Source of the DNA: Candidatus Iainarchaeum sp.
GTDB lineage: Archaea > Iainarchaeota > Iainarchaeia > Iainarchaeales > JAFCCW01
Length of the DNA: 64,000 nucleotides
Reading direction: 5' to 3'
NCBI GenBank assembly: GCA_017609985.1
Contig: JAFCCW010000001.1
Coordinates: 1 to 64,000, forward strand
In this document: in pieces, positions 39,178 through 48,190 of the stretch
Numbering within the stretch: the stretch's first letter is position 1
Layout: each line of letters begins with the position of its first letter
Program-made: the position numbers and the translations under genes
The notes under the pieces: model-generated
Told to the model about the DNA's origin: nothing
What the model saw: only the letters and a program-made list of their open reading frames with translations
Database searches by the model: none

Positions 39178-41199
39178 ATGACAAAAAACAAAAGAAAAAA
39201 ACAAGGATTCTTTCAAAGACTCTTCTTAAACAGGATATTCAAAAGGATGAGAAAACTTTTGGGAAAAAGTGAAAACAAGCAAGACAAGGAGATGAAAAAA
39301 TATGTTGAAAGCGAACTTGACAAGATTTCAAAAGTACACAATTTAAGCAAAAAGGCAGAAGAGGAAAGAATACAGGCATTGAGTGAAAAAGTTGAAAAGC
39401 ATGTTCAAAAAGAGAAAGCAGGAAAAGCAAGAGTTCCCCTGAAACCAATACTTGAATCAAGAATAAAAAATGAGAAAACAAAAGAAACTGAAAAATCAAT
39501 GAAAGAAACAGGTCTGAAAACGAAAACAACTAAACTGAAAACAGCAACAAAGACAAAAAAAGCCAAGTCACGAAAAAAGAAAATAAGTGCGAAACCAAAG
39601 AGAAAAGAAAAAAAAATAACCAGTAAAAAAAAGACTGTTAAAAAAGCAAGTGTTTCAAAAAAGAAAAAAAAGAAACCAGCGAAAAAAGATACTGAAATTA
39701 CTGCAAAGCAAAAAGATGTAAAAGAAATCAAAGAAGAGCTTAGAAAACTTAGAAAAAGCCAGCCAAAGGATTCTGGTTCAAAACAAAAAATAAAAAAGCT
39801 TGAAGAAAAACTTAAAAATCTTAAATTAAACTCTGTTGAAAAAGAAAGATACCAAAAAATGCAGAAAAAACTGCTTCAAGGATTTGAAAAAGTTGTAAAA
39901 CAACAAAAGATTCCTTCAATTCAGATAATTTTAAACCAATTGCAAAACGCGGAAACACCAGACGAAAAAATAAAACATTACAAAGAACTTTTGAAAAGAG
40001 CAAAATATGAATATTACAAAATGAATCTTTCGCCAGACCAATACAAGAGAATGGTTCTTGAATATGATCACGGAATAAGAGAACAGTTGATTGAAAAAAA
40101 AGTCAAGAAAAAAGAATCAAAAAAGAAAGGAAAAAATAAGACTCAAAAAATCACTGTAAAGGTTACTAAATCAAAACAAAAAACCAGCAGAAGCCCGCCT
40201 TTTCAGATAGATGTTGGAAAGGCAGTGGAAGCCCAACAGCAGCCAGTTCCCGAACCAAAACAAGCAAGAGAAATTCCAGAACCGCCTGCAAAAGAACAAG
40301 AGCCTGTTCCAAGAAAGCGCGAAGAACGAGAAAAGAGCGAATTTTCCAAGGAAGATCCAAAACCAGAGAAACCAGTTAAAATTCAAAAACCATTTAAACA
40401 AGTCAAACAAGAAATTCAAAAACAAAAAATAATGCCCGCGGCAGCAGAAAAGCCTGCTGAAACTAAAAAAACTCGCGAGAATGGAAAAATTAATGAAATA
40501 AAGGAACTGTTTAAAGATGATGAAGAAGAAAAAAGATCAGAACCAGGAGCAGCAACAATTAGTGCTGAAAGAAGAGACCAAAAAATTCAGGCAATGGTCA
40601 GAGAACACTCTCCCGAAATGACACAAGACCAATCAAGAGAAATTGAAAACAAAATACAAGAAGCAATGAAAAAATATGAAGTAAGCCATAAAGAAATAAG
40701 CCAACACCTGTCCCATGTTGAATCAAACAATCTTGTTCAAGACTTTGACAAGCTTATTGGAATGATTGAAAAAGACAGAGGAATTAACCGAGGAAGCGTT
40801 GTAAGGCACGAAGTTATTCCTGACATGCCGAAAGGATTTGAAGCAAAAAAAGAAGAAAAAGCAGTGAGCAAAGAAATCAAAGAATTTCAAGTTGAAACAG
40901 ACTATGACAGAATTATGAATATTGTGCAAGAAAAAGGCTCAGCAAGCGGAAAAGAAATAGCAAAACTGCTCAACATCACTCCTGCAGAAGTAAAAGAAAG
41001 AAGCCAAGTGCTGGAAGACAGTGGATTAATCAAGCTAGAGTATCCCGCAATAGGGGGAATAAGAATAGTTGATCCTGAAAAAGAAAAAAAAGACAAAGAA
41101 CTGAAAGAAAAGGAAAAAAAAGACAAGGAAGAAACAGCGCTGAAAGCAAAACAAAAAAAAGAAAAAAAGGGGGAAAAGGAAAATGATGCAAAAGCATGA
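39178..41199 (+). CDS. Large Lys-rich low-complexity protein with C-terminal winged helix, overlapping the pilus ATPase gene
   Basis: K-rich tracts and Pro/Glu linker; VETDYDRI...KEIAKLLNI...LEDSGLIKLEYP wHTH. Confidence 0.75.
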   Translation: MTKNKRKKQGFFQRLFLNRIFKRMRKLLGKSENKQDKEMKKYVESELDKISKVHNLSKKAEEERIQALSEKVEKHVQKEKAGKARVPLKPILESRIKNEKTKETEKSMKETGLKTKTTKLKTATKTKKAKSRKKKISAKPKRKEKKITSKKKTVKKASVSKKKKKKPAKKDTEITAKQKDVKEIKEELRKLRKSQPKDSGSKQKIKKLEEKLKNLKLNSVEKERYQKMQKKLLQGFEKVVKQQKIPSIQIILNQLQNAETPDEKIKHYKELLKRAKYEYYKMNLSPDQYKRMVLEYDHGIREQLIEKKVKKKESKKKGKNKTQKITVKVTKSKQKTSRSPPFQIDVGKAVEAQQQPVPEPKQAREIPEPPAKEQEPVPRKREEREKSEFSKEDPKPEKPVKIQKPFKQVKQEIQKQKIMPAAAEKPAETKKTRENGKINEIKELFKDDEEEKRSEPGAATISAERRDQKIQAMVREHSPEMTQDQSREIENKIQEAMKKYEVSHKEISQHLSHVESNNLVQDFDKLIGMIEKDRGINRGSVVRHEVIPDMPKGFEAKKEEKAVSKEIKEFQVETDYDRIMNIVQEKGSASGKEIAKLLNITPAEVKERSQVLEDSGLIKLEYPAIGGIRIVDPEKEKKDKELKEKEKKDKEETALKAKQKKEKKGEKENDAKA

Positions 41200-42694
41200 T
41201 GTTCTCGAATCCTATTCAGTAAACTTGGAAGAAATTGAGATTGAAATACACATCATTGAAGAAAAAAAAGAATTTGTAAGACAATACTACTTAAATCTCC
41301 CTCATTTTGGAGCAGGAACAGAGGCTTTGCTGAAAAGACTTAAAACAGGAATTTTGTCAGAAACAAATATTCAAATAGAAAGAAGCCTTGATGCAGAATT
41401 TATCAAAAAAGTAAAAAATAGTTTCAGAGAAAGAGCATTTACAATTCTTAAAAAAGAAATTCCTGACGCAGACGAAAAAACAATGAAAACAATTGTTGCA
41501 GTGCTGTTGCAGGAAATGCTTGGACTAGGCCCAATAGAATTTATGCTTGCAGACCCAAATCTTGAAGAAATAGTAGTAAATCAAAGCAAAGAACCAGTAT
41601 GGGTATACCATAAAAAATACGGCTGGCTGAGAACAAATATTTCAATCAAGCCAGAAGAAGAAATAGAAAACTATGCAAATATTATTGCGAGAAGAGTTGG
41701 AAAACAAGTTACAACACTTAACCCGCTGCTTGACGCGCACTTGGTAACAGGAGACAGAGCAAACGCAACGCTTTTTCCAATTTCAACAAAAGGAAACACA
41801 ATAACCATAAGAAGATTTAGAAGAGACCCCTGGACTGTAACAGATTTCATAAAAAACAAAACAACTTCCAGCGAACTAATGGCACTCATCTGGACAGCAA
41901 TGCAGTATGAAATGAATATTGTGCTAAGCGGAGGAACAGCTTCAGGAAAAACATCATTCATGAATATTTGCATGCCTTTTATTCAGCCAAACCACAGAGT
42001 AATAAGCATTGAAGACACCAGAGAAATGCAACTTCCAGAATACCTGCATTGGGTTCCACTGACTACAAGAGAGCCAAATGCAGAAGGCAAGGGCGGAGTA
42101 AAAATGCTTGACCTGCTTGTAAACAGTCTAAGAATGAGACCTGACAGAATAATTGTCGGAGAAATTAGAAGACAAAGAGAAGCAGAAGTCTTGTTTGAAG
42201 CAATGCACACAGGACACAGCGCATACACTACATTTCACGCAACAACAGCAGAAGAAACAGTCAGAAGGCTAACAAATCCCCCTATTCTTGTGCCACCATC
42301 AATGCTTGACGCAATTCACCTGAATGTAGTAATGTTCAGGAACAGAAGACTAGGAGTTAGAAGAGTATTGCAGGTTGGAGAAATTTTAACAGAAAGAAGA
42401 GGAGAAACAGAGTCAGTTAAGGCAAATGTTCTTTATAGATGGAAACCAACAGACGACACAATAAGCAAACACTCAGATTCAATAAGACTCTATGATGAAC
42501 TAGGTCTGCACACTGGACTCAGCTACAAAGAAATCGAACAAGAACTTGAAAAAAAGAAAAAAATACTTGACTATATGGTAAAGAATGATATTCACGCAAT
42601 AGGAGAAGTAGGAGCAATCATGGCAAAATTCTACATGGATGAAAAAGAAGTAGTATCAATGGTTGAAAAAAACAAAAAAATGGAGATTGAATGA
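41183..42694 (+). CDS. Type IV pilus / type II-IV secretion ATPase (CpaF/VirB11/ArlI family)
   Basis: GGTASGKT, SIEDTRE, LRMRPDRIIVGE, HTGH...T.HA. Confidence 0.95.
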   Translation: MMQKHDVLESYSVNLEEIEIEIHIIEEKKEFVRQYYLNLPHFGAGTEALLKRLKTGILSETNIQIERSLDAEFIKKVKNSFRERAFTILKKEIPDADEKTMKTIVAVLLQEMLGLGPIEFMLADPNLEEIVVNQSKEPVWVYHKKYGWLRTNISIKPEEEIENYANIIARRVGKQVTTLNPLLDAHLVTGDRANATLFPISTKGNTITIRRFRRDPWTVTDFIKNKTTSSELMALIWTAMQYEMNIVLSGGTASGKTSFMNICMPFIQPNHRVISIEDTREMQLPEYLHWVPLTTREPNAEGKGGVKMLDLLVNSLRMRPDRIIVGEIRRQREAEVLFEAMHTGHSAYTTFHATTAEETVRRLTNPPILVPPSMLDAIHLNVVMFRNRRLGVRRVLQVGEILTERRGETESVKANVLYRWKPTDDTISKHSDSIRLYDELGLHTGLSYKEIEQELEKKKKILDYMVKNDIHAIGEVGAIMAKFYMDEKEVVSMVEKNKKMEIE

Positions 42695-43581
42695 ATCTAA
42701 AAATTCCCTTTGCGCCATTGCCTGTTCCGGTTCTGAAGAGAATAAGCAACATATTCATTTCTCCAGGATCTAAATTTGCAAAGTCAATGCCTTACATAGA
42801 AGAAAACCTAAAACAGGGAAACTTTGAAATTCAGTCAGAAGAGTACTGCTCGATAATGCTTTTCACAAGCCTGCTGTACTTTGTTTTCTTCACACTGCTT
42901 CTTGGCCTGCTATTGTCAAAAATAGGGTTAAGAGGTGGCTGGCTTTTAGCTGCAACTGTTGGAGCAATAGTGGCATTTCTGATTGCACTGCAAATATTGA
43001 TTTATCCAAAAATGATGGTAAACAAAAAAGTGAAAAATATTGAAATCAACCTGATATATGCACTGAGAACAATTCTTATCCAGATAAGAAGCGGAGTAAC
43101 ACTTTTTGATGCAATGAACACAGTGGCAAAGGGAGACTTTGGAGAACTGGGAAATGAATTCAAGATAACAGTTGAAGCAATAGAAACAGGAATGCTGCAA
43201 GACGAAGCACTTGACAAAATGGCGGAAAGAAACCCGTCACACTATCTCAGAAAAGCTCTTTGGCAAATTTCAAACGGATTAAAAGCAGGAGGAGATGTGC
43301 AGTCAGTAATTGGAGAAAGTGTTTCAACAATGCTAAGGGAAGAAAAAATAGGAATAACAAAATTTGGAGCATCCCTTAGACTGCTTTCCCTGATGTACAT
43401 GATGATTGGAGTCATAATGCCGGCAATGGGTTTAACATTCCTTATTGTTCTAGGCTCTTTTCCAAATGTTCCGCTGGACGAAAGTCTTTTTTGGATATTA
43501 TTAATTTCAAGCGCAATAATGCAGTTTATGTATATTGGAATAATTAAATCAAAGAGACCAAATCTTATGAGCACCGGGTGA
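42691..43581 (+). CDS. Type II secretion F / TadB-like pilus membrane platform protein
   Basis: ALRTILIQIRSG.TL..AM T2SSF-like domain with TM helices; follows the ATPase. Confidence 0.88.
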   Translation: MNLKIPFAPLPVPVLKRISNIFISPGSKFAKSMPYIEENLKQGNFEIQSEEYCSIMLFTSLLYFVFFTLLLGLLLSKIGLRGGWLLAATVGAIVAFLIALQILIYPKMMVNKKVKNIEINLIYALRTILIQIRSGVTLFDAMNTVAKGDFGELGNEFKITVEAIETGMLQDEALDKMAERNPSHYLRKALWQISNGLKAGGDVQSVIGESVSTMLREEKIGITKFGASLRLLSLMYMMIGVIMPAMGLTFLIVLGSFPNVPLDESLFWILLISSAIMQFMYIGIIKSKRPNLMSTG

Positions 43582-44582
43582 AAAAAATGTATCAAAGAAT
43601 AGCAGCAATATTACCAAAAAGTTTTGTAAACTGGATTCAATCAGAACTAGACTTTGTGGGAATCAAAGTAGATGAAAGACAGTTTGCAGGATTTGTAGTA
43701 TCGTTTGGAATAGGATTAAGCATTGCAGTAGCAATAAATCTTCAAGTATTTCTTGAACTTGCTTTTCCAATAGGATTCTTTGGAACATTAATAGTCTTTG
43801 TTGGAGGAATGCTTTTCTGGATAAATTCAGTTGCAGAAAACAAGGGAAAATTTGTTGAAAGAATTCTTCCGGATGCACTCCAGTTGATTGCGTCAAATAT
43901 CAAAGCAGGAATGACAGCTGAAAGAGCATTGATGGCGAGTGCAAGACCAGAATTTGGACCACTATCAGAAGAATTCAAAAACGCAAGCAAAAAAGTGTTT
44001 GCAGGCACTCCATTTGACACTGCACTACTGGAAATTGCAACAAAAATCAAGTCACCACTGCTCAAAAGAACAATATGGCTGTTAACACAGGGAATAAAAA
44101 GCGGAGGAGAAATCGCAGACCTATTACTGCAAATTGGGTCAGACCTAAGAGAAGAAAACGCGATAAAAGATGAAATACAGGGAAACGTAAGCATTTACGT
44201 GCTGATGATATTTGTTGCAGCAGCATTTGGCTCACCACTGCTGTTTGGAATGAGCTCGATTGTTGTTGGAACACTCTCAGAACAGATGGATAATGTAGAC
44301 CTTTCCCCTGAAAAACTTGCCGAAATGCAAACCCAAAGCAGAGTAGGAAACATTATAGGAGTGCCAACAGCATCAATAACAGAAGAATTTGTAGTATTCT
44401 TTTCAACGATTTCACTACTAGTAATATCTGTTTTTGCATCACTGACACTGGGAGCAATAAGCTCTGGCAAGGAAAAAGACGGAATAAAATACATTCCAGT
44501 GCTGATTCTGATGACAATAACTATCTTCTTTGTGATAAGAATATTCATCGGCGGAGCAATAGGCTCACTTGGAATGATGTAA
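43578..44582 (+). CDS. Type II secretion F / TadC-like pilus membrane platform protein
   Basis: LPDALQLIASNIKAG, FGPLSEEF, TM helices. Confidence 0.9.
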   Translation: MKKMYQRIAAILPKSFVNWIQSELDFVGIKVDERQFAGFVVSFGIGLSIAVAINLQVFLELAFPIGFFGTLIVFVGGMLFWINSVAENKGKFVERILPDALQLIASNIKAGMTAERALMASARPEFGPLSEEFKNASKKVFAGTPFDTALLEIATKIKSPLLKRTIWLLTQGIKSGGEIADLLLQIGSDLREENAIKDEIQGNVSIYVLMIFVAAAFGSPLLFGMSSIVVGTLSEQMDNVDLSPEKLAEMQTQSRVGNIIGVPTASITEEFVVFFSTISLLVISVFASLTLGAISSGKEKDGIKYIPVLILMTITIFFVIRIFIGGAIGSLGMM

Positions 44583-44679
44583 TCAACAAGGCAGAAACAA
44601 AACTAATTGAAGATAACTAACTCTGCAAAAGAAATAAAAAAAAGAAAAAAAAAGAAAAAGAAAGAACGGAAAACAATCA

Positions 44680-45135
44680 TTAGATTGTTCCGTTACAAAC
44701 TATTTTTGCTGTGGCTGGTAAAGTGCCTTCTGTTGTGTACAACACTGTAGCAGTAGCGCCAGTGACGTTTCCGGCAGTAGCAGGACCATCAAGCGTTGTG
44801 ACTGTAAATGTTGAACCTGCCGCAACAGTTCCAGCAGTACATTCAGCTGTGCCTGCACAGTCAGTAATCCCTGTACCATCACACGAAGTTACACAATTAT
44901 CCACAAGTGTTATTGTTCCACCCGTAGCATTCTGCAGTGTAAATCCAACCGCATCAGTACCAAGACTAAACGTGCTCTCTTTCAGAATAATTGAATTATT
45001 CTGGCTGACACAGGTAACTCCTCCGCCTGTTGTACTGGTCACATAAATAAGGATTCCGATTACAATCGCAATCACGATAAGTGCCCAGCCATAGGTCATC
45101 AAATACTCAAGAGCTGCTTGTCCTTTTTTTTCCAT
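44680..45135 (-). CDS. Probable major pilin (class III signal peptide)
   Basis: MEKKG/QAALEYLMTYGWALIVIAIV; Thr/Gly-rich body; strong AGGAGG RBS. Confidence 0.9.
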   Translation of the reverse strand: MEKKGQAALEYLMTYGWALIVIAIVIGILIYVTSTTGGGVTCVSQNNSIILKESTFSLGTDAVGFTLQNATGGTITLVDNCVTSCDGTGITDCAGTAECTAGTVAAGSTFTVTTLDGPATAGNVTGATATVLYTTEGTLPATAKIVCNGTI

Positions 45136-45237
45136 GTTTTCCCTCCTTTGAAAGTTTTAAACATCCCGTGCTGGGAGTTTTGTTTATAATATATTTTTGT
45201 TATTTAAAAATATTCGCTTTGAAAATAGCAAAACAGG

Positions 45238-45711
45238 TTATTTAAGGGCTTTTTTAAGAGAAAGCTCAACCTTTTTTGGAACAAAACAGGACACGTTCCC
45301 GCCCATTTCAGCAATTTCCTTGACCATTGAAGAGCTTAAATAGAAATATTTTGGGTCTGTCACAATGAGAACAGTTTCAAGATTTCCCAGCTTTCTGTTA
45401 ACAATAGCAGTCTGGAATTCAAATTCAAAATCGGAAAGTTCGCGCAAGCCACGCACTACAGCAGAAGCTTTTTTCTTTTTAGCATACTCAACAAGCAAAC
45501 CAGTGAAAGATTCAACCTCAACACCCTTAACATCAGACAACGCATCTTTAGCCAGCGCAATACGCTTTGCCACAGAAAAAGTCGGCTTCTTTCTCGGATT
45601 GTTGGAAATAGCAACAGTTACTTTTCCAAAAAGCTTGGCTGCACGCTTTACAACATCCACGTGACCAAAAGTAATAGGATCAAACGTGCCAGGATAAATA
45701 ACTCTATTCAT
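45238..45711 (-). CDS. coaD: Phosphopantetheine adenylyltransferase, bacterial type
   Basis: YPGTFDPITFGH, RGLR..SDFEFE, SSSMVKE. Confidence 0.95.
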   Translation of the reverse strand: MNRVIYPGTFDPITFGHVDVVKRAAKLFGKVTVAISNNPRKKPTFSVAKRIALAKDALSDVKGVEVESFTGLLVEYAKKKKASAVVRGLRELSDFEFEFQTAIVNRKLGNLETVLIVTDPKYFYLSSSMVKEIAEMGGNVSCFVPKKVELSLKKALK

Positions 45712-46270
45712 TCAAATCCCTCAAAATTTTCAAAACCTGCTCAGCAGTAAAATCAATGCTTCTTGAATTATCTAAAGAGTAATCAGCCTTTTTAAGCTTT
45801 TCATCAAAAGGCATCTGGCAGTCAATCATCTTAACTGCAAAATCCTTTGAAAAACCACGGGATTCAAGTCTTGAAATTTGCTGAGAACGAGAACAGGTTA
45901 CAACTGCAACAGCATCAAACAGGCTTTCCCAGCCAACCTCAAACAAGAGAGGAACATCAACAACAACAAGCTTGCAGGACAAAGAAACAAGTTTAAGGAA
46001 ACTGTCTTCAAGCTCGCTTTTGACAAGAGGGTGAAGAATTGATTCAAGCTGTTCTCTCTTCACAGGGTTCTGAAAAACAATCTGAGAAATAACTTCCTTG
46101 GAAGAAGAGCCAAAAACAGAGGCAATTCTGTCAACAACCTGCGGCAGAGAATAAAGAGAGTCAACAATCTCGTCGCAGTCAATTGTTTCAGCAGAATTTT
46201 CGCTAAAAAGCTTCAGAACAGTTGACTTTCCAGAAGCAATTCCTCCAGTTAAACCAAGCTTAAACATCAA
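45704..46270 (-). CDS. coaE: Dephospho-CoA kinase, bacterial type
   Basis: GLTGGIASGKST, LE.ILHP.V, DVPLLFE. Confidence 0.93.
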   Translation of the reverse strand: MMFKLGLTGGIASGKSTVLKLFSENSAETIDCDEIVDSLYSLPQVVDRIASVFGSSSKEVISQIVFQNPVKREQLESILHPLVKSELEDSFLKLVSLSCKLVVVDVPLLFEVGWESLFDAVAVVTCSRSQQISRLESRGFSKDFAVKMIDCQMPFDEKLKKADYSLDNSRSIDFTAEQVLKILRDLNE

Positions 46271-46311
46271 ATCACTGAAAGAAGTAATGCAAAAAGATTA
46301 ATAAAAAGGAG

Positions 46312-46470
46312 ATGGAACAAGAGAAACAGAAGAAAATAAAGAAAAGAAATGGAAACAAAAGGGAAAAAGAAGAGAAAAGAAAGAGAAAAAAGAAAAGAAA
46401 GAAAAGAAGCAGGAAAAAAGCACGGGAAAAAAGAGAAAACAAGAGAAAAAACAGGAAAAAAACAGCTTGA
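46312..46470 (+). CDS. Possible 52-aa extremely Lys/Arg-rich peptide (or non-coding purine tract)
   Basis: Translated by hand: MEQEKQKKIKKRNGNKREKEEKRKRKKKRKKRSRKKAREKRENKRKNRKKTA*. An open frame is expected in T-poor DNA. Confidence 0.25.
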   Translation: MEQEKQKKIKKRNGNKREKEEKRKRKKKRKKRSRKKAREKRENKRKNRKKTA

Positions 46471-46550
46471 AAAAAACCAAATTTTTAGTCAAAAAAGAGT
46501 TTGAAATCCTAAAAATTTAAAATTAATAGTAAGTTATGCGAAAATAATAA

Positions 46551-46620
46551 TGTGACCTAACAGCGGAGGAATCTTGTCTCCTTCGGGGGATGGACTTTGA
46601 CGCTGTTAGGGTAGCACTTC
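46551..46620 (+). ncRNA. Candidate small RNA: long hairpin with k-turn and cUUCGg tetraloop
   Basis: CCTAACAGCG (46556-46565) pairs with CGCTGTTAGG (46601-46610). 3-nt bulge GAG plus tandem GA/GA; apical C-TTCG-G. TTTAAA box at 46516-46521. Confidence 0.65.
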
Positions 46621-46695
46621 CCTAATTCTTTAAAACAAACAAAATTTACTGAGGCAATATTTAAAAGCAATCACAGCATATTATTAGTGGTTTAA

Positions 46696-47394
46696 ATGAG
46701 AGAAGACATAAGAATCAAAACCGGAGTGCCGGGACTGGACGAAATACTCTACGGAGGAATTCCTAAAAGCAATCTTGTAGTGCTCTCCGGAGACCCTGGA
46801 AGCGGAAAAACCATAATGTGCCTGCAATATCTTTACAATGGCGCGACAAAATTTAATGAAGCCGGAATTTATATTTCACTTGAAGAAAGTGAAGAAGAAC
46901 TCATAAAGATTGCAGCAGACTTCGGATGGGATTTTAACAAGCTTCAAAAAGAAGGAAAGGTTGCAATAATTACAGTAGAATTATACGACTTTGACAAACT
47001 GAAAAATACTATTGAAGATGCAATAAGCAAAATGGGCGCAAAAAGGCTGGTGATAGACCCTGGAGTAATATTCAGACTATACTTTGAAAGAGAACTGGAT
47101 GCAAGAAAAAGAATAATGGGTTTAGGAAAAATGCTCAAAAAAATAAACTGCACTTCAATAATTACAAACGAAATAGCACTTGACAAAATTGACTCCTTGT
47201 TTGGGCTTGAAGAATATGTTGCAGACGGAGTGATTCTCTTATACCACACATGTTCACAAAACAAGTTTATTAGATCCATTGGAGTACTAAAAATGAGAGG
47301 CACAAAAATTTCCGAAAAACTCCATCCTCTTCAGATAACAAAAAACGGATTAAAGGCACTGCACAAGCAAGAGCTTTTTGAAGACATCAAATGA
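46696..47394 (+). CDS. KaiC/GvpD/RAD55-family RecA-superfamily ATPase (single domain)
   Basis: TGVPGLDE, GDPGSGKT, SLEES, ADGVILL, KMRGT. Confidence 0.92.
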   Translation: MREDIRIKTGVPGLDEILYGGIPKSNLVVLSGDPGSGKTIMCLQYLYNGATKFNEAGIYISLEESEEELIKIAADFGWDFNKLQKEGKVAIITVELYDFDKLKNTIEDAISKMGAKRLVIDPGVIFRLYFERELDARKRIMGLGKMLKKINCTSIITNEIALDKIDSLFGLEEYVADGVILLYHTCSQNKFIRSIGVLKMRGTKISEKLHPLQITKNGLKALHKQELFEDIK

Positions 47395-47403
47395 CGTGAT
47401 TAA

Positions 47404-48186
47404 ATGAAGAAAAATAACACAAAAAAAGGAAAGCACAAGCTTGTTGAAAGAATTAAATCCAAAATCTTAAAAAAACCTGAAAATAAAATAAAAAAAAGAG
47501 AATCAAAACCTGTGAAAAAAGTAGAGAAAAAAATTGAATCTCCAAAAAAGAAGGAAAAAGTAAAACCTGCTGAAAAAAGAAAAATAAGCGATGGGGCAGA
47601 AGACGAAGAACTATTTCAGATGCTAAGCCCGTTCTACAAAATAGAATTGAAGGTAAAAAAAACAATGGATGAAGGCGGAAAAGACTACAACTGTATCCTA
47701 CTTGTGGAAAACCTGAAAGAATATTCCAACATTAATTTAGCGCTTTTGAAATATTTTCAGAGCCAAAAAATTCCAGGAATATTTGTAACAGTAAACAAGC
47801 CAGTGCAGGACATAATTAAGACAGCGAAAAAAAACAATATTGGAATAGAAAATGTAAAGTTTATTGATGCAATAACCCTGCAGTCAGGAAATATTACAAT
47901 AAATCAACAAGTAGACTATGTTGAATCCCCAAAAGATCTTGTGGAACTGATAACCCTAATTGAAGAAGAAATAGACGGAATGACTGAAAAATTCTTTCTA
48001 GTGTTTGATTCTGTTTCAACAATGCTCGTGTACAACAAAAAACAGTCTGTTGAAAAATTTATTCATTCCCTGTCAGGAAAAATAAAGTCAAGCGAATGTC
48101 AGGGAATAATTATTGCAGTAGAATCAACTGAAGAAGAAACACTTCATGCACTTGCCCAATTCTGCGATGCCACAATAAAAGTTTGA
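47404..48186 (+). CDS. Inactivated KaiC-like (DUF835-like) domain protein with Lys-rich N-terminus
   Basis: FVTVNKP, FIDAI, VFDSVSTMLVY; no Walker A; follows the KaiC-like gene. Confidence 0.7.
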   Translation: MKKNNTKKGKHKLVERIKSKILKKPENKIKKRESKPVKKVEKKIESPKKKEKVKPAEKRKISDGAEDEELFQMLSPFYKIELKVKKTMDEGGKDYNCILLVENLKEYSNINLALLKYFQSQKIPGIFVTVNKPVQDIIKTAKKNNIGIENVKFIDAITLQSGNITINQQVDYVESPKDLVELITLIEEEIDGMTEKFFLVFDSVSTMLVYNKKQSVEKFIHSLSGKIKSSECQGIIIAVESTEEETLHALAQFCDATIKV

Positions 48187-48190
48187 TTTG

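Noticed and set aside
46551-46640. Canonical H/ACA guide, twister ribozyme or tRNA-Gln fragment
   Set aside because: The nearest ACA is about 24 nt from the stem base rather than 14-16, twister pseudoknot elements are absent, and GGACTTTGA has no anticodon stem.
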